DNA of 64,000 bases from Alphaproteobacteria bacterium (lineage in GTDB: Bacteria > Pseudomonadota > Alphaproteobacteria > CADEGL01). The stretch lies in assembly GCA_050180485.1 (NCBI GenBank), contig JBFXED010000006.1, forward strand, positions 42,070 through 106,069, read 5' to 3'. A program made the position numbers and the translations under genes. Shown one piece after another: positions 51,500-60,619 of the stretch. The notes below the pieces were generated by a model. The model saw only the letters and a list, made by a program, of their open reading frames with translations. It did not search any database and was not told the DNA's origin. The first letter of the stretch is position 1. Each line of letters starts with the position of its first letter.

Positions 51500-52438
51500 A
51501 TGGCCGAGAATAAACCGCCCCGCCCCGCGCCCCGCGCGGCCGCCGCCAAGCCGGCCCAGGCGCCGCGCCCAGCGGCCGCCGCCGCCCCGGCCCGGCCCAC
51601 CGCGCAAGCGGCTCCGGCGAACCCCGGCATCCAGCGCCCAGCGGAGCAGCGGCCCGGCCTGCCCCTCTTCTATAAAGACCCGCGCCCGCTCGCGCGCGAC
51701 CGGCACGCCAACAAAAGCCTCAAGACCGCGGCCAGCATGTCCTTCGCGGCGAATTCCAACGCCGTGCCGCTGACGCTCGAGGAATTCGGCACCGCTTCGC
51801 GCCACTATCCCATCGTCTTCAGCATGGAGAAGCCTGCCATCGCGGTTGCCGTGCTGGGTTTCCGCCGCGGCGAAAACCTGTTCATCGACGGCCAGGGCCG
51901 CTGGGCGCCCGAGTCCTATATCCCCGGTTATATCCGCCGCTATCCCTTCATCTTCATGGAGATGAAGGAGCGCAACCAATACATGCTGTGCGTGGACGAG
52001 GCCGCGAACCTGCTGGAGGACAACGGCACGCGGCCCTTGTTCGAAGGCAACCAGCCGTCGGAACTGACCAAGAAGGCGCTGGAGTTCTGCGCGGCCTATC
52101 ACCGCCAGTCGGTTCTGACGCAACGCTTCGCCGAGGCGCTCGAAGCGCACGGGCTTCTGTCCGACAAGGGCGCCAACGTCACCGTGCCCGGCGGCCAGGC
52201 CATCGCGCTGCAGGGCATCCGCCAGATCGAGCAGGACAAGTTCCGCACCCTGCCCGACAGCGTGATCCTGGAGTGGCACAAGAACGGCTTCCTGTTCGCC
52301 TGCCACGCGCACTTCATCTCACTGGGCAACTGGGCCAGCCTCGGTCAACGCCTCGGCCGCCTGTTGCGCACGGTGAAGCCGACCGTGGCGCCCGCGAAGC
52401 CGGCGGCCCGTCCCACCGCCCCCGCCGGACGCGCGTGA
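51500..52438 (+). CDS. SapC-family protein with Ala/Pro-rich N-terminal extension
   Basis: Core RHYPIVF...YIPGYIRRYPF is typical of SapC (PF07277). 312 aa. Confidence 0.7.
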   Translation: MAENKPPRPAPRAAAAKPAQAPRPAAAAAPARPTAQAAPANPGIQRPAEQRPGLPLFYKDPRPLARDRHANKSLKTAASMSFAANSNAVPLTLEEFGTASRHYPIVFSMEKPAIAVAVLGFRRGENLFIDGQGRWAPESYIPGYIRRYPFIFMEMKERNQYMLCVDEAANLLEDNGTRPLFEGNQPSELTKKALEFCAAYHRQSVLTQRFAEALEAHGLLSDKGANVTVPGGQAIALQGIRQIEQDKFRTLPDSVILEWHKNGFLFACHAHFISLGNWASLGQRLGRLLRTVKPTVAPAKPAARPTAPAGRA

Positions 52439-52911
52439 AGGGCAACTACTTCGAGCATTTCGCGGAAGGCCAATTCTACCGCACGGGCAGCCGCACACTG
52501 ACCGAAGCGGAGATCATGAATTTCGCGCGCAGCTACGACCCGCAGCTCATTCATACCGATCCCAAGGCCGCCGCGGAGTCGCACTATGGCGGCATCATCG
52601 CGAGCGGGCTTCAGACGCTGGCCGTCACGTTCTTGCTGTTCTTCGACGCCGACATCTTCGGCCAGGCGTTCGAGGTCGGCGTGGGCGCCGACGAGCTGCG
52701 CTGGAACAAGCCCGTGCGCCCGGGCGACAGCCTGACCGCCGAGGTCGAGGTGATGGAAGCGCGGCCCTCGCGCTCCATGCCCCATTGCGGCGTGGTGAAA
52801 ACGCGCATCCGCACGCTCAACCAGCACGGCGAAACGGTGATGTCGCTGATCTCGGTCGATCTGGTGAAGCGCGATCCGGCCGCGCTCAGCGCAGCTTCCG
52901 CCGCTCGGTGA
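52435..52911 (+). CDS. MaoC-like (R)-specific enoyl-CoA hydratase / hot-dog fold dehydratase
   Basis: GTG 52435 overlaps the sapC stop (GTGA). Hot-dog motif region (DPQLIHTDPKAAAESHYGGIIASGLQT). Confidence 0.7.
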   Translation: MKGNYFEHFAEGQFYRTGSRTLTEAEIMNFARSYDPQLIHTDPKAAAESHYGGIIASGLQTLAVTFLLFFDADIFGQAFEVGVGADELRWNKPVRPGDSLTAEVEVMEARPSRSMPHCGVVKTRIRTLNQHGETVMSLISVDLVKRDPAALSAASAAR

Positions 52912-54088
52912 ACACCACGCCGTCCTTCACGAGGCCGTCGATCTCGGCATCGGAATAGCCCGCTTCCTTCAGAATGGTCTGGCCGTCGGCCGCGAATTGC
53001 GGCGGCTTGCGGCGGACGCTGCCGGGCGTGCGGCCAAGCTTGGTTGGAATGCCCGTGCCCTGATAGCCGTCGAGCTCCACCACCATCTCGCGGTGCTTCG
53101 TGTGCGGATGGTTGACCACCTCGGGCATGGCCTGCACCGCGCCCGCCGGCACGCCCGCCGCGAGCAGGCGCTTGCACAGCTCCTCCGGGTCGGCCTTGAG
53201 GAACAAAGCGCGCAGGGTCTCGTCCAGATCCTTGCGGTTCTTGAGCCGGTCGGAGTTGACGCGGAAACGCGGATCGTCGGCCAGCTCCGGCACGCCCAGC
53301 TCCTGGCACAGGATGCGGAACTGCCGGTCGTTGCCGGCGCCGACGAAGACGTTGCGCGTCTTGGTCTTGTACTGGTCATAGGGCGTCAGGTTCGGATGCG
53401 AATCGCCCGTGGGCACGGGCGTCTTGCCCGACATGAAGAAGTTCGCCGCGTGCGGGTGCAGCAGCGCCACGCCCGTGTCGTAGAGCGAGACTTCGAGGAA
53501 CTGGCCCTTGCCCGATTTCTGCCGCTCGTAAAGCGCCATCAGCACGCCGATGGCGGCGTTCATGCCCGCGCAGAGATCGATGATGGGAATGCCCACGCGC
53601 ACCGGCCCGCTCTGCGGCGTGCCGTTGATGCTCATCAGGCCCGAGAGCGCCTGCGCCACCGCGTCGTAACCGGGGAAGCCGCCGAACGGCCCGTCGGGGC
53701 CGAAGCCCGTGACGCGGCAATGGATCAGACCGGGGAATTTCTTCGAGAGCGCGTCGTAGCCGATGCCCCATTTCTCCATCGTGCCGGTCTTGAAATTCTC
53801 GACCAGGACGTCGGCGCCTTCGAGCAGGCGGAACAGGACCTCCTGCCCCTTCTTGCTGCCGAGGTCGAGCGCGACCGAGCGCTTGTTGCGGTTGAGGCCG
53901 CTGAAATAGGCGCTGATGCCCTCCTTGAACGGCGGGCCCCATTCGCGCGTGTCGTCGCCCTGGGGCGGCTCGACCTTCACCACGTCCGCGCCGTGATCGG
54001 CCAGGATCTGCCCGCAATAGGGTCCGCCCAGAACACGCGAGATGTCCACGACCTTGAGGCCCGCGAGCGCGCCGCCGTTCTTGCTCAT
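52886..54088 (-). CDS. family III CoA-transferase (CaiB/BaiF/formyl-CoA transferase family)
   Basis: LAGLKVVDISRVLGGPYCGQILADHGADVVKVEPP N-terminal signature. 400 aa. Confidence 0.85.
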   Translation of the reverse strand: MSKNGGALAGLKVVDISRVLGGPYCGQILADHGADVVKVEPPQGDDTREWGPPFKEGISAYFSGLNRNKRSVALDLGSKKGQEVLFRLLEGADVLVENFKTGTMEKWGIGYDALSKKFPGLIHCRVTGFGPDGPFGGFPGYDAVAQALSGLMSINGTPQSGPVRVGIPIIDLCAGMNAAIGVLMALYERQKSGKGQFLEVSLYDTGVALLHPHAANFFMSGKTPVPTGDSHPNLTPYDQYKTKTRNVFVGAGNDRQFRILCQELGVPELADDPRFRVNSDRLKNRKDLDETLRALFLKADPEELCKRLLAAGVPAGAVQAMPEVVNHPHTKHREMVVELDGYQGTGIPTKLGRTPGSVRRKPPQFAADGQTILKEAGYSDAEIDGLVKDGVVFTERRKLR

Positions 54089-54834
54089 GCCCGATTCTCC
54101 TTGGCTTCGGCGCCGCGCAGGATCGTGGCGGCAAATTGTGGATAGGTTTCCGCGACCTCGTCGCGCACGGAGCCGCGCAGAAGCGCGAGGATCTCCGGTT
54201 CCGGCGCCGCCGTCTGCCCGACGCGGCTGGCTTGGTCGAATTCGAATCCCGTCGCGGCCACCACGTCCTCGACCGAGAAGCCGGGATGGACGCTTTCCAG
54301 CCGGAAACGCTGGCGCGCCTTGTCGAAGGCGAACAGCGCCTTGCCGGTGAGAAGTGCATAGGGGCCGCCCGGCCGGTAGACGCCCGGCGCGCTCACGCCC
54401 GGCGCGCTGACGAAATCGACCTTGGGGACGAAAACGCGCGGCGTATGCTCCTCGCGAAACAGGATCACGCGCGGCACCAGGAAATAGAGATAGGCCGAGC
54501 CGAACGAACCGGGCCAGCGCACATCCGTGCGCGGATAGGTGCCCGTTCCCACCAGGTTGATGTTGGCCTGGCCGTCGATCTGGCCGCCGCCCAGGAAGAA
54601 CGCATCGATGCGCCCCTGCGCCGCGCAGTCGAACAGCTCGCGGCCGCCGTCGGTGAAGAAGTTGTTCTTGCGGCTGCCCAACACCGAGACGCGCAGATGC
54701 CCGCCCGAGAGCCGGCGCGCCGCCAGCGCGGCCGCGCCAGGGATCGGCGACGAGGCGCCGACGGCGACATGGTTCAACCCGCGCAACATGCGCGCGATGG
54801 ACGCGATCAGAAGTTCCTGCGGCGTGAAATCCAT
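54085..54834 (-). CDS. family I CoA-transferase, subunit B
   Basis: 249 aa from MDFTPQELLIASIARML. The upstream 180 codons of the track ORF are rejected as they are low-complexity and lie in the subunit A frame region. Confidence 0.7.
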   Translation of the reverse strand: MDFTPQELLIASIARMLRGLNHVAVGASSPIPGAAALAARRLSGGHLRVSVLGSRKNNFFTDGGRELFDCAAQGRIDAFFLGGGQIDGQANINLVGTGTYPRTDVRWPGSFGSAYLYFLVPRVILFREEHTPRVFVPKVDFVSAPGVSAPGVYRPGGPYALLTGKALFAFDKARQRFRLESVHPGFSVEDVVAATGFEFDQASRVGQTAAPEPEILALLRGSVRDEVAETYPQFAATILRGAEAKENRA

Positions 54835-54844
54835 ATCGGTGGGA

Positions 54845-55675
54845 TCAGGCGGCGCGGCGGCCCGCCAGGACGTGCTCGGCGAGATAGGCGCGGAAGCCAT
54901 CCTCGCTGCGCGCCGTGCGGACGTAATCGGCAATGTGGGCGGTGTCGGGTTCGTAGCGGCCTTCGAGCCCGATGGGCCACGCGCCGCGTTCGGCCTCGGC
55001 GATGGCAGACACATAGAGCGAGGGAATGACGCCCGCGGCCAGCCGCTCGTCCTCGAGCAGATTGCCATCTTGGATCGTCTCGGCGGTGACCAAGGTGCGC
55101 TTGGCGGCATGGGCCATGGTGACCAGTTCGCGCCGCCTTCCAACCCAGACATTCCCCTCGCGGTCGGCCAACGCCACGTGGAACAGCGCGATGTCGGGCT
55201 GGATCGCGGGCAGCAGAACGATCGGATCGTCGCCTTCGGCCAGCGGATTCTGGACTGTCCGCCAGTCGGTGCGATGGCGCAGGATGTCGGTGCCGATGAT
55301 GCCGCGCAGCGGCATGAAGGGGATGCCCTTCTCCGCCGCCTGGAGCGCCGCATGGATGGCGGGACAGGTGGCATCGCGGATGCGCACCGCGCCGCTTTTG
55401 ACCGCGGCGGAAAAACGCGGCGCAGGCCCGGCCTCGCCCAGCGTGATGGCGGCGGCCTCGATGGTCTCGACGCAGCCGGCGCCGATCAGAAGCTCGGTCT
55501 GCAACCCGCTGGTCGGCACGGCGACCAGATGCAGCCGTTTGACGCCGCGGCGGATGAGCGCGCGCGTCGCCGCCATGGCGACGCCGGAATAGTCCGGCGG
55601 CACGGCCAGGAGCGCGCCGTCCGGCACTTGCGCCGCCAGCGCGTCGAGGGAAACGATGGGTCCGGAATCGGCCAT
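54845..55675 (-). CDS. family I CoA-transferase, subunit A
   Basis: 276 aa. Colinear with glutaconate/3-oxoacid CoA-transferase A subunits. Confidence 0.7.
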   Translation of the reverse strand: MADSGPIVSLDALAAQVPDGALLAVPPDYSGVAMAATRALIRRGVKRLHLVAVPTSGLQTELLIGAGCVETIEAAAITLGEAGPAPRFSAAVKSGAVRIRDATCPAIHAALQAAEKGIPFMPLRGIIGTDILRHRTDWRTVQNPLAEGDDPIVLLPAIQPDIALFHVALADREGNVWVGRRRELVTMAHAAKRTLVTAETIQDGNLLEDERLAAGVIPSLYVSAIAEAERGAWPIGLEGRYEPDTAHIADYVRTARSEDGFRAYLAEHVLAGRRAA

Positions 55676-55747
55676 GGACGCAGTGATAGCCGATTTTCCG
55701 GCCGCCGGTAAGGGCGCGGCAGGCTTCTGCCCGCGCCCTTTGTGCGG

Positions 55748-56566
55748 TTATTCGAACGGCTTGAACTGTGCGTCGCGCCACTTCATGGCCGGGCCTAGCC
55801 CCTCGCCGTAGCGGATCTCGTTGAACTTGGTTTTCTCGGGCGTGTCGGTGGCGTCCAGGATGGTCGCCGCCTCGGCGCCGTATTGGAGCGCCGCCGGCAT
55901 GCCCATGGAAGCGTAGGTGTTGTTGATGGCGCGCTTGTTCCACTGGAGGCAGGCCAGCGCCACGCGCGACATGCGCTTGGCGATCTTGGTCACCTCGGCC
56001 TGCAACGCCGCCTTCGGGAACACGCGGCTGACCAAGCCGATGCCGAGCGCCTCCTCGGCCCCGAACGTGTCGCCGGTGAAGATGTATTCGCGGCAGCGCT
56101 GACCAACGACCCACGGCATCGACAGGCACGAGATGCCGGTCGAGAAGCGCGTTTCGACCACGCCGAACTTGGCGTCGTCGGAGCAGTAGCGGATATCGCA
56201 CATCTGGACCAATTCCATGGCGCCCGCCAGGCAATAGCCGTCGATCATCGCGATCACCGGCTTCGAGCAGCGCCAGACGCAGGAATTGTAGTCGAGGTCC
56301 ATGTGGATGCGCTTGGTCCAACCCTCGATGCTCTTGCGAAACTCCGCCTGCCGCGGATCGTTCAGGTCGTAGCCGGCCGAGAAAGCCTTGCCGCCCGCAC
56401 CCGTCAGGATCAGGACACGAACCTCGGGATCGGCGTCCGCCTTGGCGACAGCGTCCTTCACCTCCGCGCAAAGCTCGAGGCTCATCGCGTTCAATTGCTT
56501 GGGCCGGTTCATGGTGATGGTCGCGACGCGGTCGTCGACTGCATAAAGAATGTGCTGATAGCTCAC
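55748..56566 (-). CDS. enoyl-CoA hydratase/isomerase (crotonase) family protein, copy 1
   Basis: Crotonase fold motifs (ILTGAGGKAFSAGYDL, IAMIDGYCLAGAMEL). Confidence 0.85.
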   Translation of the reverse strand: MSYQHILYAVDDRVATITMNRPKQLNAMSLELCAEVKDAVAKADADPEVRVLILTGAGGKAFSAGYDLNDPRQAEFRKSIEGWTKRIHMDLDYNSCVWRCSKPVIAMIDGYCLAGAMELVQMCDIRYCSDDAKFGVVETRFSTGISCLSMPWVVGQRCREYIFTGDTFGAEEALGIGLVSRVFPKAALQAEVTKIAKRMSRVALACLQWNKRAINNTYASMGMPAALQYGAEAATILDATDTPEKTKFNEIRYGEGLGPAMKWRDAQFKPFE

Positions 56567-56641
56567 GGTCTGCTCCGCTGGCGCTTCGGGTGGGCGAAAA
56601 GAAAACCCCCACGCCGGACGGCCGGCGCGGGGCGTATAGCG

Positions 56642-57463
56642 CTATTCGAACTTCTTGAACTGATCGTCGCGCCACTTCATGGCCTCGCCCAGGCCGACCG
56701 TGTGGCGCAGGCGGTTGAACTCCTTCAACTCCGGCGTCTCGGTCGCGTCCAGGATGGCGCCGGCCTCGGCCCCGTATTGCAGCGCCGGAATCATGCCCAT
56801 GGAATGATAGGTGTTGTTGATGGCGCGCTTGTTCCACTGCAGGCACGCCAGCGCCACGCGCGACATGCGCTTGGCGATCTTGGTGACCTCCTTCTCCAGA
56901 TCGGCCTTCGGGAACACGCGGCTGACCAGGCCGATGCGCGCGGCCTCCTCGGCGCCGAAGGTGTCGCCGGTATAGATGTATTCGCGGCAACGCTGGCCCA
57001 CCACCCACGGCATGGACAGACAGGCGATGGCGGCCGAGAAGCGCGTCTCGACGACGCCGAACTTGGAATCGTCCGAGCAATAGCGCACGTCGCACATCTG
57101 CACGAGCTCCAGCGCGCCGGCCAGGCAGAAGCCGTTGATCATGGCGATCACGGGCTTCGAGCATTTCCACATGCTCTTGTTGTATTCGAGGTCGTGATTC
57201 ATGCGCCAATGCCAGCCCTCGATGCCCTTGTCGCGGTAGACCTTGCCCTCGGGGTCCAACAGGTCGTAGCCGGCGGAGAAGGCCTTGCCGCCCGCGCCCG
57301 TCAGGATGACGACGCGCACCTCGGGATCGGCGTCGGCCTTGGCCACCGCGTCCATCACCTCGCGGCAGGTCGCCAGACTCATGGCGTTCATCTTCTTGGG
57401 CCGGTTGAGCGTAATGGTCGCGACGCGATCGTCGGTCGAGTACAGGATGTTTTCGTAGGCCAT
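56642..57463 (-). CDS. enoyl-CoA hydratase/isomerase family protein, copy 2 (tandem paralog, about 75% identical)
   Basis: Same motifs as copy 1. Long identical stretches (CSKPVIAMI.G.CLAGA.ELVQMCD.RYCSDD.KFGVVETRFS). Confidence 0.85.
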   Translation of the reverse strand: MAYENILYSTDDRVATITLNRPKKMNAMSLATCREVMDAVAKADADPEVRVVILTGAGGKAFSAGYDLLDPEGKVYRDKGIEGWHWRMNHDLEYNKSMWKCSKPVIAMINGFCLAGALELVQMCDVRYCSDDSKFGVVETRFSAAIACLSMPWVVGQRCREYIYTGDTFGAEEAARIGLVSRVFPKADLEKEVTKIAKRMSRVALACLQWNKRAINNTYHSMGMIPALQYGAEAGAILDATETPELKEFNRLRHTVGLGEAMKWRDDQFKKFE

Positions 57464-57501
57464 GGTCTTCCTCCTCTTGGAAGTGCGGGTGAGCTTGTGC
57501 C

Positions 57502-59601
57502 CTAGTGGCTTTTCGTGCCGCGCGGCTCCAGCACCACGTCGACGCCGAAGGCGCCCTTCTCTAGGACGATGAGCGGATTGATCTCGATGGCGGCGAACAG
57601 ATCCGCCGTGCCGAGCGCGAAGCGCGACAGGGCGGCCACGGCGCCCGCCGCGGCTTCGACGTCGTAAGGCCCCTTGCCGCGCGCGCCGGCCAGGATCTTG
57701 CCGAGCGCGCCGCGTTGCAGCATCTCCAGCGCCTCCTCGCGCCCGATGGGCGCCATCCGCAAGGACGCGGCCTTGAAGATCTCGACATAGGTGCCGCCCA
57801 AGCCGACCACGATGGCGGGTCCGAAGCCCGGATCGATGCGTGCCCCCAGGATCAGCTCGACCCCGGGTCCGATCATCGGCTGGATGAAGACGCCGCCCTT
57901 GCCGCCCACCTTGCCCGCCAACTCGTCATACGCCTTGCCCACGGCGGCCGAATCGCGCAAGCCCAGCTTCACCAGGCCCATCTCGGTCTTGTGCAGGATG
58001 TCCGGCCCGCCGCCCTTGAGCGCGACGGGGAAACCCAATTCCTTGGTGATCTTCTCGGCATCCGCCCTGGACGAGATCGCGCGGCACGGTGCCATGGGAA
58101 CGCCCGCGTCGGCCATGAGCTGGAACCGCTCGGCCTCGTTGAGCGTACCGGCCTTCGCCGCGCGCGCGCGAAGCGCGGGCGCCAGCGGTCCGGCTTCGGC
58201 CGACTTGGATCGCGGCTTGGCAAGCGATGCCCAGGCGCCGAGCGCCGCGCAGGCATGGCCCATGCCGGCCAGGTAGGGAATCCCCGCCGCGTCCAGCACC
58301 TGCCGCGTGCCGGCATGAAGCCCGCCTGCGGCGCTGTTGTTGAGGAAAACGAAGCGCGGATGCGCCGTCGCCTTCAGGCGCGCGCAAATCTCCGCGGCCT
58401 GCTGCGCCCAGGTGCCGTCGCCGCCGCCCGATGCCGGCGCATCGAAGGCCAGCGCGACCGTGCCGATGGCCTTGTCCGCGGCCAGCGCCGTCAGGATCTG
58501 CTCGATGCGCGGCAAGTCCCAGCCCAGGCCGTAAGCATCGAGCGGATTGCGCGGCGTCTGCCAGGCCGGGAAATGCGGTTGCAGCTTGGCCGTCGTCTCC
58601 GGCGAGAGGTCCTGCAAGGTCAGGTTGTGCTTGGCCGCGAGGTCCGCCAGCAACGCGGCCTCGCCGCCCGACAGCGTCATCAGCACGACATTCGGATTGG
58701 CCGGCGCATCGCCATAGGAATCGAGCAGGACCGCCAACTCCAGCATCTGGTCGAGCTCGTCGACGACCAGGATGCCGTGGCGCGCGAAGACCGCGTCGTA
58801 GAGCGCATCCTCGCCCGCGAGCGCGCCCGTGTGGGCCGAGACCGCGCGGCTGCCGAGGGCACTGCGTCCGACCTTCAGCACGACCACGCGTTTACCCGCC
58901 GCGCGGGCGGCATCCGCGGCCTTGGCGAACTTGGCCGGATCGCGAATCGTCTCCAGGAACATCAGGATGACGCGGACATTCTCGTTGGTCGCGAAATAGG
59001 CCAGATAATCCGCCGCGTTCAGGACCGTTTCGTTGCCCGCGCTGACCAGATAGGCCAGGCCGATCTTACGCTCGTCCTGGGCCAGCACGATGCCGACCGA
59101 ACCGCTTTGCGTGATGACGGCAACCCCGCCGGGTTTCGGCGCCCCCGGCATGGGCGAAGGCCAGGAGACGGTTTTCTCGTGACCCGAGATGTAGCCGATG
59201 TTGTTGGGGCCGCAGAGCGCGATGCCGTGCTTCTCTGCCGTCTCGCGGATGCGCTTCTCGAGCGCGGCACCTTCCGCGCCACTCTCGCCATAGCCACCCG
59301 AGGCGACCTCGATCGCCTTCACACCGAGCTTCGCGCACTCGTCTACGACGTCGGGCGTACGCGCCGCGGGAATGGCGATGAAGACGAAGTCCGGCACCTC
59401 CGGCAGATCCGAGAGCGAGCGATAGCATTTGTCGCCGTCGAAACTCTCGTTCTTCGGATGGATCGGATAGAGATTGCCGGGATAGTTGTAGCGCCTCAGG
59501 TTGCGGTAGGTGCGCGTGCCGATCAGCGGCCGGTCAGGCGAGGCGCCGACAACAGCGATGGATTTGGGCCGAAACAGCTTGTCGAGATCGTAGTCCGGCA
59601 T
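57502..59601 (-). CDS. ADP-forming acyl-CoA synthetase (fused alpha/beta: CoA-binding + succinyl-CoA-synthetase-like + ATP-grasp)
   Basis: 699 aa. N-terminal CoA-binding Rossmann (KSIAVVGAS), phospho-His loop region (SAHTGALAG), and a C-terminal ATP-grasp (GFPVALKGGGPDILHKTE). Confidence 0.8.
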   Translation of the reverse strand: MPDYDLDKLFRPKSIAVVGASPDRPLIGTRTYRNLRRYNYPGNLYPIHPKNESFDGDKCYRSLSDLPEVPDFVFIAIPAARTPDVVDECAKLGVKAIEVASGGYGESGAEGAALEKRIRETAEKHGIALCGPNNIGYISGHEKTVSWPSPMPGAPKPGGVAVITQSGSVGIVLAQDERKIGLAYLVSAGNETVLNAADYLAYFATNENVRVILMFLETIRDPAKFAKAADAARAAGKRVVVLKVGRSALGSRAVSAHTGALAGEDALYDAVFARHGILVVDELDQMLELAVLLDSYGDAPANPNVVLMTLSGGEAALLADLAAKHNLTLQDLSPETTAKLQPHFPAWQTPRNPLDAYGLGWDLPRIEQILTALAADKAIGTVALAFDAPASGGGDGTWAQQAAEICARLKATAHPRFVFLNNSAAGGLHAGTRQVLDAAGIPYLAGMGHACAALGAWASLAKPRSKSAEAGPLAPALRARAAKAGTLNEAERFQLMADAGVPMAPCRAISSRADAEKITKELGFPVALKGGGPDILHKTEMGLVKLGLRDSAAVGKAYDELAGKVGGKGGVFIQPMIGPGVELILGARIDPGFGPAIVVGLGGTYVEIFKAASLRMAPIGREEALEMLQRGALGKILAGARGKGPYDVEAAAGAVAALSRFALGTADLFAAIEINPLIVLEKGAFGVDVVLEPRGTKSH

Positions 59602-59779
59602 CCGCCCGTCCCCACCTGTCGCATTCGCGCCCTGGGCGGCGCGGCGAGCGAAAGCTTAGCCATTCGGCCTAGACCCTGTCACGGGGCGCGGCCAGAGCGG
59701 AGATTGGCATGCAATGACGACGGGGAAGTGGCCACGATGATGGTCGACTTCGCGTTATATCCGCATGTATATATCCGTC

Positions 59780-60547
59780 ATGCGAGTCATTCGTATTGTT
59801 CTCACCACGGCATTGTCCGTGCTCTGGCTTTGGGCCAGCGCCGCGCGGGCCGAGGACGTGGTCGTCTTCGCGGCCGCCAGCCTGAAGGAATCGCTCGACG
59901 AGGCCGCGCGCCAATATCAGGCGAGCGGTCTGGACAAGATCCTGGTTTCGTACGCTGCCAGTTCGGCTCTGGCCAAGCAGATCGAGGCGGGCGCGCCGGC
60001 GGACATCTTCATCTCCGCGGATCTGGAGTGGATGGACTATCTGGCCGCGCGCAACCTCATAAAACCCGCCACGCGCGCGAATCGGCTGGGCAATAGCCTG
60101 GTTCTGATCGCACCCAAGGACAGCATGGTTTCATTGAAACTGGCGCCGGGCGCCGACTTGGCGGGCGCACTCAAGGGCGGCAAGCTGGCCATGGCTGATC
60201 CGGACCACGTGCCGGCGGGCAAATACGGCAAGGCCGCGCTGGAGAAGCTCGGTCTCTGGGCTTCAGTTCAGAGCGGCGTAGCCCGGGCCGAGAACGTCCG
60301 CTCGGCGCTGGCCTTCGTCGCACGCGGCGAGGCGCCACTCGGCGTGGTCTACGGCACCGACGCCGCGGCGGAGAAGGCGGTCAGGGTCGTCGACGTGTTT
60401 CCGGCCGGCAGCTACCCGCCGATTACGTATCCCGTGGCGGAAACGGCATCCAGCACCAAGGCCGGTGCCGCGCGCTTCTTGACCTATCTGCACTCGGCCG
60501 AGGCCAAGGCCGTCTTCCAGCGCTTCGGCTTCGTCCCGCTCCCCTAG
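59780..60547 (+). CDS. modA: molybdate ABC transporter substrate-binding protein ModA
   Basis: Signal peptide, then ModA-like oxyanion-binding residues (AASLKESL...SYAASSALAKQIEAGAPADIFISAD...VVYGTDA). Confidence 0.8.
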   Translation: MRVIRIVLTTALSVLWLWASAARAEDVVVFAAASLKESLDEAARQYQASGLDKILVSYAASSALAKQIEAGAPADIFISADLEWMDYLAARNLIKPATRANRLGNSLVLIAPKDSMVSLKLAPGADLAGALKGGKLAMADPDHVPAGKYGKAALEKLGLWASVQSGVARAENVRSALAFVARGEAPLGVVYGTDAAAEKAVRVVDVFPAGSYPPITYPVAETASSTKAGAARFLTYLHSAEAKAVFQRFGFVPLP

Positions 60548-60619
60548 AGATCGGCGGCGTCGCGCGACCCGGCGCGGCCTCCTATGCTAGGCTTCGGCCA
60601 CGCAGCAAGGAGGTCCGCC

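Noticed and set aside
51310-51513. 67-aa ORF immediately downstream of the low-GC gene
   Set aside because: It has no SD, mixed AT-rich and GC-rich composition, and no recognisable features. It is probably non-coding islet/flank DNA. A short partner protein is not completely excluded.
54835-55374. N-terminal 180-codon extension of the CoA-transferase B ORF
   Set aside because: The extension is Ser/Pro/Arg low-complexity and overlaps the subunit A gene. The genuine start is MDFTPQELL at 54834.
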